DNA from: an uncultured Chloroflexia bacterium
GTDB lineage: Bacteria > Chloroflexota > Limnocylindria > Limnocylindrales > CSP1-4
Length of the DNA stretch: 64,000 nucleotides
Reading direction: 5' to 3'
Assembly (NCBI GenBank): GCA_963805585.1
Contig: CAWDUR010000015.1
Coordinates: forward strand, 256-64,255
Shown here: one piece after another, positions 10,917 through 22,784 of the stretch
How positions within the stretch are numbered: position 1 is the stretch's first letter
Layout of the letters: each line of letters begins with the position of its first letter
Made by a program: the position numbers and the translations under genes
Notes under the pieces: model-generated
Database searches by the model: none
Seen by the model: only the letters and a program-made list of their open reading frames with translations
What the model was told of the DNA's origin: nothing

Positions 10917-11944
10917 CGACGCCCGGGTCGGCTGGCACCGGTACGCGCCTGGCGAACGATGCCCGCGCGGGCTCCCGGCTGGCCCTGTCGCGCTTGCTGA
11001 CGGCCATCGAATCACGCACCACGGTCGCTGAGGAAGCCCTGCGCAGTCTCTACTCGGAGGCCGGTGGCGCTCATGTCGTGGGCGTCACGGGACCCCCAGG
11101 TGGCGGCAAGTCGACGCTCGTGGCCGCCCTGGTCGCCGAGGTGCGCGCGAACGGCCGGGACGTGGCGGTGCTGGCCATCGATCCCTCCAGTCCTGTCACC
11201 GGTGGCGCCATCCTGGGCGACCGCATCCGCATGCAGCAGTACGCCCTCGACCCGGGCGTCTTCATCCGCTCCATGGCCTCGCGCGGGCATCTGGGTGGCC
11301 TGGCGGGCACGACGGCCGAATCAGCCGCCGCCCTGGCGGCCTGCGGCTTTGACCTTGTCTTCATCGAGACCGTGGGGACGGGCCAGAGCGAGGTGGAGGT
11401 GGCGGCCATCGCCGACACGACGGTCGTCGTGCAGGCGCCCGAGATGGGGGACGAGGTGCAGGCACTCAAGGCCGGCCTCCTGGAGGTCGCGGACATCGTC
11501 GTCGTCAACAAGTCGGACCGGCCGGGCGCCGACCGGGCCGCTGCCCAACTGAGCGCCGTGCTGAGCCTGGCAGGCGAGCCTGGGACAGGGGAGGCCCAGC
11601 CGGAGACAGGATCGGCGAGGACCGGCGCCGCGCCACGGCCCCGCCCGAAGCAGCCCCAGGTGCTGCTGGCCTCGGGGCTGACCGCGGCCGGGGTTCCGGA
11701 GCTGCTGGCTGCGCTCGACGCACACCATGAACGGCGGGCCGCGGCAGATGGCCCGCACGCCGCGCGCCTGGCACGGGCGCGTGCCCAGGTGGAGGGCATC
11801 CTGGCCGACCGTGTCCGCGAGACACTCTGGGCTGCTGGTCGTCGCGGAGCTACGGAAGCCCTCGTGGCTCGGGTCGCGTCACATGACCTCGACCCGTATG
11901 CGGCTGCCGACGCCCTGCTCGAGCAGATCGCGGCCCGGCCTTGA
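10913..11944 (+). CDS. meaB: Methylmalonyl-CoA mutase-associated GTPase (ArgK/MeaB family)
   Basis: [15 protein letters not shown] (P-loop), [33 protein letters not shown]. Confidence 0.9.
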   Translation: MTTPGSAGTGTRLANDARAGSRLALSRLLTAIESRTTVAEEALRSLYSEAGGAHVVGVTGPPGGGKSTLVAALVAEVRANGRDVAVLAIDPSSPVTGGAILGDRIRMQQYALDPGVFIRSMASRGHLGGLAGTTAESAAALAACGFDLVFIETVGTGQSEVEVAAIADTTVVVQAPEMGDEVQALKAGLLEVADIVVVNKSDRPGADRAAAQLSAVLSLAGEPGTGEAQPETGSARTGAAPRPRPKQPQVLLASGLTAAGVPELLAALDAHHERRAAADGPHAARLARARAQVEGILADRVRETLWAAGRRGATEALVARVASHDLDPYAAADALLEQIAARP

Positions 11945-11995
11945 GACACTCGAGCTGCCGCCCGCCCGCCGACAGCCTCCCGCCGGTCGGCCGGA

Positions 11996-14102
<2,107 letters not shown>

Positions 14103-14106
<4 letters not shown>

Positions 14107-14566
14107 GGGTGGTCCTCGGATGCTTCGGGACGAGCCGGCCGTCGGGCCTGCTCGTGGAGGAAGTCGATGGCTTCGAGGTAGCCACGCCAGCCGCGACCCA
14201 TGATGCGATGACTCACCACCGGCGTGATGACCGAGACACGTCGCCATGCCTCGCGCGCCAGGATGTCGCTGATGTGCACCTCCACGGAGGGACATTCGGC
14301 GCCGATGAGCGCGTCGTGAAGGGCATACGAGGTGTGCGTCAGGGCGCCGGGGTTGATGACGATGGCGTCGTAGTCGCGCTGCTCGACACGGTCGATGAGA
14401 GCACCCTCGTGGTTCGACTGGAAGGCCGCCAGCGAGTGGCCCAGGCCGGCGGCGTATTCGGCGGCCGCCTGCTCCACCTCGGCCAGCGTGGTCGTGCCGT
14501 AGATCTCCGGCTGGCGCAGGCCGAGGCGGCCCAGGTTGGGGCCGTTGAGCAGCAGGATATCGTCAC
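14103..14566 (-). CDS. aroQ: Type II 3-dehydroquinate dehydratase; start region disrupted by an apparent 1-nt deletion
   Basis: ILLLNGPNLGRLGLRQPEIYG..FQSNHEGALID..INPGALTHTSYALHDA..VEVHISD. The reading frame is open upstream but has no start codon. GTG at 14566 would form a GTGA overlap with the aroB stop but is out of frame by one base. Confidence 0.8.
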
Positions 14567-16167
14567 GGCCGGCCTCCCTGGATGACGTGCATGGCCTGCT
14601 CCAGCTCCGCCTCGCTCACGTCGTCGACCTCCTCCACCCGCCCGACGGCCATCGGCAGGATCCAGCGCTGCCGGCCGCGCAGGCGCTTCTTGTCGGTCGT
14701 CGCTGCCTGCCTGACCGCGGCGGGGTCGAAGGGGCGCCGGAGCGCATAGCCCAGGTCTGTCACGACGTCGTCGATGCGCTCGGCGAGGCCCGGCTCCGCA
14801 CCCCGCCCGGCGGCGATGGCGGCCACGGCGCGCAGGCCCAGCACGACCGCCTGGCCGTGCGGCAGGCGGTAGCCGCTCTCGATCTCCAGGGCATGGCCCA
14901 GCGTGTGGCCCAGGTTCAGGACACGCCGCTCGCCGGACTCGAAGGGGTCGCGGTCGACGACGTCCAGCTTGAGGCGGACGGAGCGGTCGATGATGGCGAA
15001 GCGGGCGGCCTCGTCGCCGCGCAGTGCGGCTCGCCCCCGTGTCTCGACCAGGTGCCACAGGCCAGGGTCCCCGATGAGCCCGGCCTTCAGCGACTCAGCC
15101 ATGCCGTCCAGTCGGCGTGGCCGCGGCAGGGTGCGCAGAGCCGCCATGTCGCCGACGATGGCCACGGGCGGCCAGAAGGCGCCGGCGGCGTTCTTCGCTT
15201 TCGAGAGGTCCACCCCGACCTTGCCGCCGATGGCCGCGTCCGTCATGGCCAGCCAGGTCGTCGGCAGGGCCACGAAGGGCACGCCGCGCAGGTAGAGGGC
15301 TGCGGCTGCGCCCACGACATCCGTGGTCGTGCCGCCGCCCACACCGACCCAGGCGTCGCCACGCTCGGCGCCCATGGCGCTGGCCGCCTCCAGGAGCCGC
15401 TCCACGGCGCGCAGGCGCTTGGAGCGCTCACCCGCGCTCATCGCCAGCCGGCGACCATCAGGAAGGGCGGCCAGGAGGTCAGGCAGCAGGGCTGCGGGGC
15501 GACGATCGGCGACCACGACCGGGACACCCGTGCTCGCGGCGGCGAGGGCATCGCCCAGGACCGCGCCATCGAGGTCGCGGCCGAGGACCACGCGTGCCGT
15601 CCGAGGGCCCATGGGATGGTCGCGCCGCACCTGCGCGTCGAAGAGGCGCCGCGCCGCAGGTCGGCCGGACGCGGCCGCGTCGAGGATGGTGGCCGCGACC
15701 ACCTCGGCTGGAGAGGTGGCGTCCACCCGCAGGTCGGCCGCGCGGTAATAGGGGGTCCGGGCCGCCCGCAGCGCGGCCAGGCGCCCGGCCGGGTCGCCGT
15801 CCAGCATGGGCCGTTCCTCGTCGTGCGCCGAGAGCCGGGTCAGCAGCACTTCGTCCGGAGCGTCCAGCCAGACCACCGTGCCCGCCTGCCAGAGCTGCCA
15901 GCGGTTGAGCGGGTCGACGACCGCCCCCCCGCCCGTGGCGAGGACGGCGCCGGGCACCTGACAGGCCTGGGCCAGCACGGCCGACTCGATCTCCCGGAAG
16001 AAGGCCTCGCCCCGCTCGCGGATGAGGTGTGCGGGGTGGGCGCCATGGCTCGACTCGATGTCGGCGTCGAGGTCCAGGAGCGGACGACCCAGCTGCCGGG
16101 CCAGGAGACGGCCGACGGTGGACTTGCCGACCCCGGAGAGCCCCACGAGGATGATGGCATCAGGCAT
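14563..16167 (-). CDS. aroK/aroB: Bifunctional shikimate kinase / 3-dehydroquinate synthase (AroK-AroB fusion)
   Basis: N-terminus: MPDAIILVGLSGVGKSTVGRLLA (P-loop kinase). It continues in frame, without a stop, into GVGGGTTTDVVGAAAALYLRGVPFVALPTT..AIGGKVGVDL..NLGHTLGHALE (DHQ synthase). ATG 16167 overlaps the aroE stop. Confidence 0.85.
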   Translation of the reverse strand: MPDAIILVGLSGVGKSTVGRLLARQLGRPLLDLDADIESSHGAHPAHLIRERGEAFFREIESAVLAQACQVPGAVLATGGGAVVDPLNRWQLWQAGTVVWLDAPDEVLLTRLSAHDEERPMLDGDPAGRLAALRAARTPYYRAADLRVDATSPAEVVAATILDAAASGRPAARRLFDAQVRRDHPMGPRTARVVLGRDLDGAVLGDALAAASTGVPVVVADRRPAALLPDLLAALPDGRRLAMSAGERSKRLRAVERLLEAASAMGAERGDAWVGVGGGTTTDVVGAAAALYLRGVPFVALPTTWLAMTDAAIGGKVGVDLSKAKNAAGAFWPPVAIVGDMAALRTLPRPRRLDGMAESLKAGLIGDPGLWHLVETRGRAALRGDEAARFAIIDRSVRLKLDVVDRDPFESGERRVLNLGHTLGHALEIESGYRLPHGQAVVLGLRAVAAIAAGRGAEPGLAERIDDVVTDLGYALRRPFDPAAVRQAATTDKKRLRGRQRWILPMAVGRVEEVDDVSEAELEQAMHVIQGGRP

Positions 16168-16957
16168 CGGAGCGCCCTCCCAGCTCCCGATCCAGGGCCG
16201 CGCGCATGGCGTCCGTGGGGGCGGGCTGGCGGAGCCACAGCTCCAGCGAGCGGCAGGCCTGGCCCAGGAGGATCCTGGCGCCGGCCTCGGCGGGCGCGCC
16301 GACCGCGTGCGCCTCGCGCACGAGTCGCGTGGGGCTGGGCCGGTAGACGAGGTCCAGCACGGCCAGGTCCGGTCGCAGGAGGGCCGCGGGGACCGGGCTC
16401 TCGTCGCTGCTCGTGCCCACCGGCGTGGCGTTGACGAGTAGGTCGGCGTCAGCGAGCTCATCGGCCAGGCGCGCCATGGAGCCATCCGAGCGGCGCAGGA
16501 TGCTGATGTGGCCGGCGCCCACGTGCCCAAGTGCCAGCTGGACGGCACGCCCGGCGCCGCCGGCGCCGAGCACGACGGCATGGCCGATGCCCTGCGGGCA
16601 GAGCCGGCCAAGCGCGTCCACGGTCGCCGGCAGATCCGTGTTGTGGCCGACGAGGCGGTCGCCGTCCCGGACGACGACGTTGACGGCCTCCGCCGCGCGA
16701 GCCTCGTCGGATAGTTCGTCCACGAGGGCTGCCACGGCCACCTTGTGGGGAACGGTCACGTTCGCGCCACCGGTGTCGGGCGCGCGCAGGCTGGCCACCA
16801 TGGCCGGCACGGCCTCCGGCGGGATGTCCGCGAGGACATAGTGGTGCGGCAGGCCCAGAGCGGCGAAGGCGGCCGCCATCATGGCCGGCGAGGCCGAGTA
16901 GGCGATGCCCTGGCCGAGCAGCCGGAATGTCAGGCTGTCGGCCACCGGGGATTCCAC
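16160..16957 (-). CDS. aroE: Shikimate 5-dehydrogenase
   Basis: SASPAMMAAAF..GANVTVPHKVA..VGHNTD..VVLGAGGAGRAV..LVNATPVG..DLVYRPS. Confidence 0.9.
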   Translation of the reverse strand: MESPVADSLTFRLLGQGIAYSASPAMMAAAFAALGLPHHYVLADIPPEAVPAMVASLRAPDTGGANVTVPHKVAVAALVDELSDEARAAEAVNVVVRDGDRLVGHNTDLPATVDALGRLCPQGIGHAVVLGAGGAGRAVQLALGHVGAGHISILRRSDGSMARLADELADADLLVNATPVGTSSDESPVPAALLRPDLAVLDLVYRPSPTRLVREAHAVGAPAEAGARILLGQACRSLELWLRQPAPTDAMRAALDRELGGRSDA

Positions 16958-16975
16958 CGCTCGGCGCGTCCGTCA

Positions 16976-18259
16976 TCAGGCGTCCTGGCCCACCAACGGC
17001 GTGGCTGCCTCGGCGGCCGTCTCGGGGAGGCTTGACAGCCCATCGCCGGCCCCGGCGCGACGACCGCGTGGCCCCATCGATCGGGCGCGGCGACGGCGCA
17101 CGGCCGCGCGCACGTCGCCCATGGTGTCGCCACCGAGGTCGGCCAGCAGGGCGTCCGCGAGCGCCAGGGCCAGCATGGCCTCGCCGACCACGGCAGCCCG
17201 CGGCATGATGGCCACGTCGCTGCGCTCGATGTGGGCGCGGCGCACCTCGCCCGTCTCGAGGTCCACCGCGTCGAGCGGCTTGCGCAGCGTGGACACCGGC
17301 TTCACGGCCACGCGGGCGACGATGGCGGCGCCGTTGCTCATGCCGCCCTCCGTGCCGCCGGCGCGGTTCGTCTTGCGTGCCCAGCCTGGGGCACCCGGCA
17401 CGACCTCGTCGTGGACCACGCTGCCGCGCCGGCTCGCCACGCCGAAGCCGAGGCCGATCTCGACACCCTTGACGGCCTGGATGCCCATGAGCACCGCGGC
17501 GATGGCGGTGTCCAGGCGGGTATCCCACTCGGCGTTGGAGCCGATGCCCACCGGCATGCCCTCAGCCACGACCACGAACGAACCACCCACGGAGTCGCCG
17601 GCTCCGACCGCTGCATCGACCTCGGCCAGCATGGCCGCCTCCGCGACGGGATCCGGGCAGCGCAGTGGCGTGGGCGTGCTTCGGTCGCCATCGACCCACC
17701 CGACAGGGACGTGCGCCACGGGGTCGTCCGCGCCGTCGAAGGCGCGCACCGGGCCGAGCTGGTCGACGAACGACCAGATGCGCACGCCGCACGTTTCAAG
17801 GAGCTGGCGGCAGACCGCGCCGGCGGCGACGCGCGGTGCCGTGGAGCGTGCCGAGGCTCGCTCGAGGACATCGCGGATGTCGCGCGCGTCGTACTTGATG
17901 GCCCCGGCCAGGTCGGCATGCCCCGGCCGCGCCAACGTGATGGCCCTGGGGCGCCGGGTCCGGGGTCGCGGCTCGACCGACATGCGCTCGGACCAGTCGA
18001 CCCAGTCCCGGTTGGGGATGCTGAAGGCGAGGGGAGAGCCAAGCGTGCGGCCGAAGCGCAGGCCAGCCGACCAAGTGACGCGATCTCGCTCGATCTGCAT
18101 GCGGCGGCCGCTGCCGTAGCCGTGCTGGCGCCGGGCCAGCTCGAGATCCACGGCCGCCGTGGAGACGCGCAGGCCGGCCGGCAGTCCATCCAGGATGCCG
18201 GACAGGCCGGGGCCGTGGGATTCGCCGGCGGTCAGGAGTCGCAAACGTCGTAAGGTCAT
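16976..18259 (-). CDS. aroC: Chorismate synthase
   Basis: LTAGESHGPGLSGILDGLPAG..RRQHGYGSGRRM..RPGHADLAG..ERASARSTA.. Confidence 0.9.
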   Translation of the reverse strand: MTLRRLRLLTAGESHGPGLSGILDGLPAGLRVSTAAVDLELARRQHGYGSGRRMQIERDRVTWSAGLRFGRTLGSPLAFSIPNRDWVDWSERMSVEPRPRTRRPRAITLARPGHADLAGAIKYDARDIRDVLERASARSTAPRVAAGAVCRQLLETCGVRIWSFVDQLGPVRAFDGADDPVAHVPVGWVDGDRSTPTPLRCPDPVAEAAMLAEVDAAVGAGDSVGGSFVVVAEGMPVGIGSNAEWDTRLDTAIAAVLMGIQAVKGVEIGLGFGVASRRGSVVHDEVVPGAPGWARKTNRAGGTEGGMSNGAAIVARVAVKPVSTLRKPLDAVDLETGEVRRAHIERSDVAIMPRAAVVGEAMLALALADALLADLGGDTMGDVRAAVRRRRARSMGPRGRRAGAGDGLSSLPETAAEAATPLVGQDA

Positions 18260-19629
18260 CGGCTGAGGGTCTCCAGGTCCGTCCAGAACGAAGGGTAGGA
18301 GACGGCCGCACAGGCGGGATCGTCGATGCGTACGGTACCCGCCACGCCGGTCAGCGCGGCGATCGCGAAGGCCATGGCGATGCGGTGATCGCCGTCCGTG
18401 TGGATGGCCGCCTCGCGGGCCTGGCCGCGGCTCACGAGCCAGCCGTCCGGGCGCTCCTCGACACGTGCGCCGACGGCGGCCAGATTGGCCGCTACGAGGG
18501 CGATGCGGTCCGACTCCTTGATGCGCAGCTCCGCGGCGCCGCGCAGCTCGCTACGGCCCTCCGCGGCGGCCATGGCCACGCCGATAAGGGGCAGCTCGTC
18601 GATGACGTCGGCCACGCGGTCGCCGCTGATCTCGATGGCTTGCAGAGGCCGCCCCCCGCGCACGGTGACCGTGCCCACCGGCTCGGGATGGTCGCGGGGA
18701 CCGCTGGGATCGCCCGGATCTCCGTCGTCGACGAGGACCTCGATGTCGGCGCCCATCTCGCGCAACACGTCGATGATGCCGACGCGCGAGGGGTTCAGCC
18801 CGACGCCGTCGAGACGGATCTCGGCCTCGGGGTGCAGGGCGCCCGCCACCAGCCAGGCCGCGGCGGACGAGATGTCGCCCGGGACGGTCATCGAGCGAGC
18901 CACGTATCCGGCGGGGCCCTCGATGGTGGTGACGAAGCCCTCGCGACGGATGGGCGCTCCCAGCCAGGCCAGCAGGCGCTCGGTGTGGTCACGCGTGGGC
19001 CCGGGCACCTCGATGCGCGTCGTGCCGTCCGCTGCCAGCGCGGCGAGGCTCAGGCAGCCGATGACCTGGGCGCTCGCCACCGTCGGACGGTGGGCCATCG
19101 CTCGCAGGGGGCGGCGCCCGGTGATGCGCAGGGGGGCATGGCCGTCGCTCGACTCGATGGTCGCGCCGATCGCTCGGAGCGGCACGGCGATGCGTTCCAT
19201 GGGCCGGCCGGAGAGCGAAGCGTCGCCGACCAGCGTGGCGGTGCCGGGTCGGCCGGCAAGGGCCCCGGCCAACAGGCGCATGGCGGTCCCCGCGTTGCCG
19301 CAGTCGAGCGTCTCCTCGCCATCACCGGGCAGGCCCGCCGCGGCTGGCGTGCCTCCGCCCCGGATCGTGGCCACCGTCCGGTCGGCGCCATCCGTCTCGA
19401 GGCTCGTGACGGCGCCCAGGCTGCGCAGTGCGCCCGCCATCGAGAGCACGTCGCCACCCGGTCGGTCGAGATGGACGGTGGCCGTCCCGGCGCCCATGGC
19501 GGTGAAGAGGAGCGCCCGGTGCGCGACCGACTTGTCAGCCGGGAGCCGCAGGCGGCCCGCCAGGCGCCCGGCACGCGAAACGACGCCCGACGGCTCCCGC
19601 TGGCGAGCGCCGGGCCGGCCCACCATCAC
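18256..19629 (-). CDS. aroA: 3-phosphoshikimate 1-carboxyvinyltransferase (EPSP synthase)
   Basis: [43 protein letters not shown]... 4-nt overlaps with both neighbours. Confidence 0.9.
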   Translation of the reverse strand: MMVGRPGARQREPSGVVSRAGRLAGRLRLPADKSVAHRALLFTAMGAGTATVHLDRPGGDVLSMAGALRSLGAVTSLETDGADRTVATIRGGGTPAAAGLPGDGEETLDCGNAGTAMRLLAGALAGRPGTATLVGDASLSGRPMERIAVPLRAIGATIESSDGHAPLRITGRRPLRAMAHRPTVASAQVIGCLSLAALAADGTTRIEVPGPTRDHTERLLAWLGAPIRREGFVTTIEGPAGYVARSMTVPGDISSAAAWLVAGALHPEAEIRLDGVGLNPSRVGIIDVLREMGADIEVLVDDGDPGDPSGPRDHPEPVGTVTVRGGRPLQAIEISGDRVADVIDELPLIGVAMAAAEGRSELRGAAELRIKESDRIALVAANLAAVGARVEERPDGWLVSRGQAREAAIHTDGDHRIAMAFAIAALTGVAGTVRIDDPACAAVSYPSFWTDLETLSR

Positions 19630-20996
19630 CTCGGTGATGCGCTGGTCGTGCCGGCAGCCGTGTCGCGGGCGGCTGCCGCCGCGGATTCCCGTGCCGCGGC
19701 GCTGCGGCGCTGAGCGGAGCGCGAGACGCGCAGGATGGCTGCGAAGACCATCTCGCGTTCGTCGGCCGTCAGGACGCTGCCCTCCACGTGTGTGGCCCGC
19801 TCGATGAGCTCGCGCTCACGGCCTACGTCGTGACCGTGGTCGTCCGCGGCACGCGTCTGCTGCACGGCTACGGAGAGCTCGGCGCGCTCCTCGAGCAGCG
19901 CCGCGAGTCGGGCATCCACGTCGTCGATGCGGGCGCGGAGTCGGCGTCGCTCGGCGGGCGGCTCGGCGGGCACGTAGGCACTGTGGGCCGTGGGGTTGCG
20001 CAGGTACTCGTGACGGCGCAGGTCGTCCATGAGATCGCCGAACTCCGGGAACGACAGCGACTGCTCGGAGTCGGAGCGAGCCATCGGCGGGTCCGGGTGG
20101 ACCTCGATGATGATGCCGTCCGCGCCCACGGCGGCTCCGGCCACGGCCAGAGGTCGTACGAGCGGACGATGCCCGGTGCCGTGCGAGGGATCGACCACGA
20201 TGGGCAGGTGCGTGCGCTCCCGGATGACCGGCACGGCGGAGAGGTCGAGCGTATTGCGTGTTGCCGTCTCGAAGGTGCGGATGCCCCGCTCGCAGAGGAC
20301 CACGTTGGGATTGCCGGAGCTCAGGATGTACTCGGCAGCCATGAGCCACTCCTCGATCGTGGCGGAGAGGCCTCGCTTGAGGAGCACCGGCTTGCGGCTC
20401 TGCCCTACGGCCTTGAGGAGGACGAAGTTGGCCATGTTGCGGGCGCCGACCTGGAGCATGTCCACGTAGCGCTCGAAGACCTCCACGTCGCCGGGGTCCG
20501 TGATCTCGCTGACCACCGGCAGGCCGGTCTCCTCGCGGGCCTCGGCGAGCAGCTTGAGTCCCTCCACCCCGAGGCCCTGGAAGGCGTAGGGCGACGAACG
20601 CGGTTTGTAGGCGCCGCCGCGCAGGAGCGTTGCGCCCTCGCGCTTCACCCAGCGGGCGGTGGCCATCAGCTGCTCTCGGGACTCCACGGCGCAGGGACCG
20701 GCCATGACCACCAGGGGGGCACCGGCACCGATCTCCACGTCACCGACCCTGACGCTGGAACGATCCGGGTGGTGCTCCGCGCTGGCCAGCTTGTAGGGCT
20801 TGCTGACGCGGATGCATTGCTCCACGCCGGGCATGACCTCGACATGCCGCACGCGCTCGACGCCCACGCCCACGACGCCCATGACGATGCGCTCCGCGCC
20901 AACCATGACGTACGTCTCGAGGCCCTCGTCGGCGACGACCTTGCGGACCGCGTCGATCTCCTCCTGCAGCGCTTCGGTGCGCATGACGATGATCAT
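19626..20996 (-). CDS. Type I-beta DAHP synthase with an N-terminal ferredoxin/ACT-like domain and a C-terminal AroQ-class chorismate mutase domain
   Basis: [30 protein letters not shown] (regulatory domain); [49 protein letters not shown] (catalytic barrel); C-terminal [51 protein letters not shown] (CM-like helices). ATG 20996. Confidence 0.8.
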   Translation of the reverse strand: MIIVMRTEALQEEIDAVRKVVADEGLETYVMVGAERIVMGVVGVGVERVRHVEVMPGVEQCIRVSKPYKLASAEHHPDRSSVRVGDVEIGAGAPLVVMAGPCAVESREQLMATARWVKREGATLLRGGAYKPRSSPYAFQGLGVEGLKLLAEAREETGLPVVSEITDPGDVEVFERYVDMLQVGARNMANFVLLKAVGQSRKPVLLKRGLSATIEEWLMAAEYILSSGNPNVVLCERGIRTFETATRNTLDLSAVPVIRERTHLPIVVDPSHGTGHRPLVRPLAVAGAAVGADGIIIEVHPDPPMARSDSEQSLSFPEFGDLMDDLRRHEYLRNPTAHSAYVPAEPPAERRRLRARIDDVDARLAALLEERAELSVAVQQTRAADDHGHDVGRERELIERATHVEGSVLTADEREMVFAAILRVSRSAQRRSAAARESAAAAARDTAAGTTSASPR

Positions 20997-21054
20997 CTCG
21001 GTACCACCCCGTCCTTTGGCTTGTCTTCCCTGCTGCTCGTTCACGCGGTGAGGC

Positions 21055-21088
21055 AACAAAAAACGCAGGGCCCCGGTGGGCTCCTGCG
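21055..21088 (-). terminator. Intrinsic (Rho-independent) terminator in the aro-operon leader
   Basis: Minus strand: GCAGG-A-GCCC ACCG GGGC-CCTGC (9 bp with a bulged A) followed by GUUUUUUGUU. It lies about 60 nt upstream of the DAHP-synthase ATG. Confidence 0.75.
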
Positions 21089-21142
21089 TCAGCGGGCACG
21101 AGTGCCTCTGCTGCCGGGCTCTGCCCGGCTGCCTCGTACCCG

Positions 21143-21169
21143 CTAGCTAAAGGACCAATAGCGAACCAT
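21143..21169 (-). CDS. Candidate leader peptide MVRYWSFS (8 codons + TAG)
   Basis: ATG GTT CGC TAT TGG TCC TTT AGC TAG on the minus strand. It carries Tyr, Trp and Phe, and uses AT-rich codons (GTT, TAT, TTT) that look rare for this GC-rich sequence. It lies between the promoter and the terminator. Confidence 0.6.
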   Translation of the reverse strand: MVRYWSFS

Positions 21170-21179
21170 GTGGCCTCGG

Positions 21180-21208
21180 ACCTTAGCGGTCGCCCGTGAG
21201 CCTGTCAA
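21180..21208 (-). promoter_or_regulatory. Candidate sigma70/SigA-type promoter TTGACA-N17-TAAGGT
   Basis: Minus strand: a perfect -35 (21208-21203), a 17-nt spacer and a TANNNT -10 (21185-21180). The sORF ATG lies 10 nt downstream of the -10, so the transcript is leaderless or nearly so. Confidence 0.55.
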
Positions 21209-21341
21209 ACGATGTCCGCATCTTGAGGCTGGACCTGCGCGACTGCGGCGTCGCCGCCGCTGACACTGCTGCCCGCTTCAAGATCCTGGCCGCCGCTCGC
21301 AGGGCACGCTGGCAGGCCGGAACCGCATCTGGCACCGGCGC

Positions 21342-21896
21342 TCAGCCGCGCCGCAGCCGCTCGAGCGCGATGGCCTGAAGGGGCAGCACCGAGAGGGCGT
21401 CGCCGATCTCGCCGGAATCGACCATGGCCATCACCTCGTCGAAGGGCAGCCAGCGCACGACGAGCTCCTCCGTGCCCTCTGGCTGGGCCTCGCCCTGCTC
21501 GAGGTCGGTGGCCAGGTACACGACGGCCTCCTCGTCGCTGACCGAGTTGGAGAGCTGGTAGCGACCGATCTCCCGCCAGGTCCGTGCCGTCAGCCCGGTC
21601 TCTTCGAGCAGCTCTCGCTGGGCACCCTCCAGGCTATCCTCGGCGTGGGGCGAGCCACCCTCGGGGATCTCCCAGGAGAGCTCGTCGAAGGCGTAGCGAT
21701 GCTGGCCCACGAGTGCCACTCGATCATCGTCGTCGATGGCGACCACGCCCACGGCCACGTTGGCGTAGTGCACGACGCCGTAGATGCCGGGCTGTCCGTC
21801 GGGCCGCGTGACCTCGTCGTGGTAGACGCTGATCCAGGGGTTCGCGATAGGCGATCCGCCGGGAGTGACGTGTCCAGGGCCCCACCGACGTGCCAC
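21342..21896 (-). CDS. NUDIX hydrolase (ADP-ribose pyrophosphatase-like)
   Basis: Nudix box GGSPHAEDSLEGAQRELLEETGL. Confidence 0.85.
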   Translation of the reverse strand: MARRWGPGHVTPGGSPIANPWISVYHDEVTRPDGQPGIYGVVHYANVAVGVVAIDDDDRVALVGQHRYAFDELSWEIPEGGSPHAEDSLEGAQRELLEETGLTARTWREIGRYQLSNSVSDEEAVVYLATDLEQGEAQPEGTEELVVRWLPFDEVMAMVDSGEIGDALSVLPLQAIALERLRRG

Positions 21897-21932
21897 CCCA
21901 GCCCGCGGAATCTGGTGAGACGCGCCGGACCC

Positions 21933-22691
21933 TCACGCCTCGCTGGGTCCCTCGGTGGCGTGGCGGCCGGCCGACGTCGCCGGCGACAGCACGCTCCGGC
22001 CACCGTCCACGCGCCACACCGCGCCGGTCACATAGGCCGCCTGCGGAGACAGCAGGAAGGCCGCCACCCCGGCCACCTCCTCTGCGCGCCCCATCCGCCC
22101 GAGCGGGACGTCCGGCCGGGCATCCGGGGGGTGCAGCGCCACGTCGAAGGGCGTGTCGATGGCGCCGGGTGCGAGGACGTTGACACGGATGCCGTCGGCG
22201 GCTCCGATGAGGGCCAGCGATCGCGCCAGACCCTCCAGACCGGCCTTGGCCGCGGCATAGGCGGGCGACCGCGCCGAGCCCTCCGCGGCGCCCACGATGC
22301 TACCCAGCAGCACGACCGAGCCGCGGCCCCGCTGCAAGGCCGGCCAGGCCAGGCGGGACGCCTCCCAGGCCGCCGTGAGGTCCACCCGGATGACCTGTTC
22401 CCAGTGCGCCGGGTCGTCCCAGGGACCGCTCGGCGGAAGGCCGGCCGCGCAGACGAGGCCGTCCAGGCGCCCCTCCGGCCCTTCGGCTGCGGCGATGGCT
22501 GCCTCGAGGTCGGCCGGTTCGGCGGCGTCCCCGGCGATGGCCAGCACGCCGTCAGGCGCCTGGACGCGGCGCGACAGGGAGGTCACCTTCCAGCCCTCAC
22601 CGCACAGCCGGGCAGCCACTGCCCAGCCGATGCCAGACGACCCGCCGGTGACCAGGCAGCGTGGCATAGCGGTCTCGCTCATGCCCTGCAT
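21933..22691 (-). CDS. SDR-family oxidoreductase
   Basis: LVTGGSSGIGWAVA (TGxxxGxG) and YAAAKAG (YxxxK). Confidence 0.85.
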   Translation of the reverse strand: MQGMSETAMPRCLVTGGSSGIGWAVAARLCGEGWKVTSLSRRVQAPDGVLAIAGDAAEPADLEAAIAAAEGPEGRLDGLVCAAGLPPSGPWDDPAHWEQVIRVDLTAAWEASRLAWPALQRGRGSVVLLGSIVGAAEGSARSPAYAAAKAGLEGLARSLALIGAADGIRVNVLAPGAIDTPFDVALHPPDARPDVPLGRMGRAEEVAGVAAFLLSPQAAYVTGAVWRVDGGRSVLSPATSAGRHATEGPSEA

Positions 22692-22773
22692 CGTACCCGC
22701 CGGCGTCGGTGCGGCGTGGATCGCGCCTCAGCCGCCAGGGCCCAGGGGGCTGACAGCGCCCGCCGCGCCGGCC

Positions 22774-22779
22774 TACGAT
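22774..22779 (+). promoter_or_regulatory. Candidate -10 hexamer TACGAT, 5 nt upstream of ATG 22785 (leaderless-type)
   Basis: Matches TANNNT with no Shine-Dalgarno in between. Confidence 0.3.
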
Positions 22780-22784
22780 GAGCC

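Noticed and set aside
20997-21010. GGGGUGGUACCGAG immediately upstream of the DAHP-synthase ATG resembles the T-box core (GGGUGGUACCGCG).
   Set aside because: It lies downstream of the terminator rather than upstream of it. I could find no Stem I, specifier loop or antiterminator bulge in the roughly 175-nt leader. It is more likely just the purine-rich ribosome-binding region.
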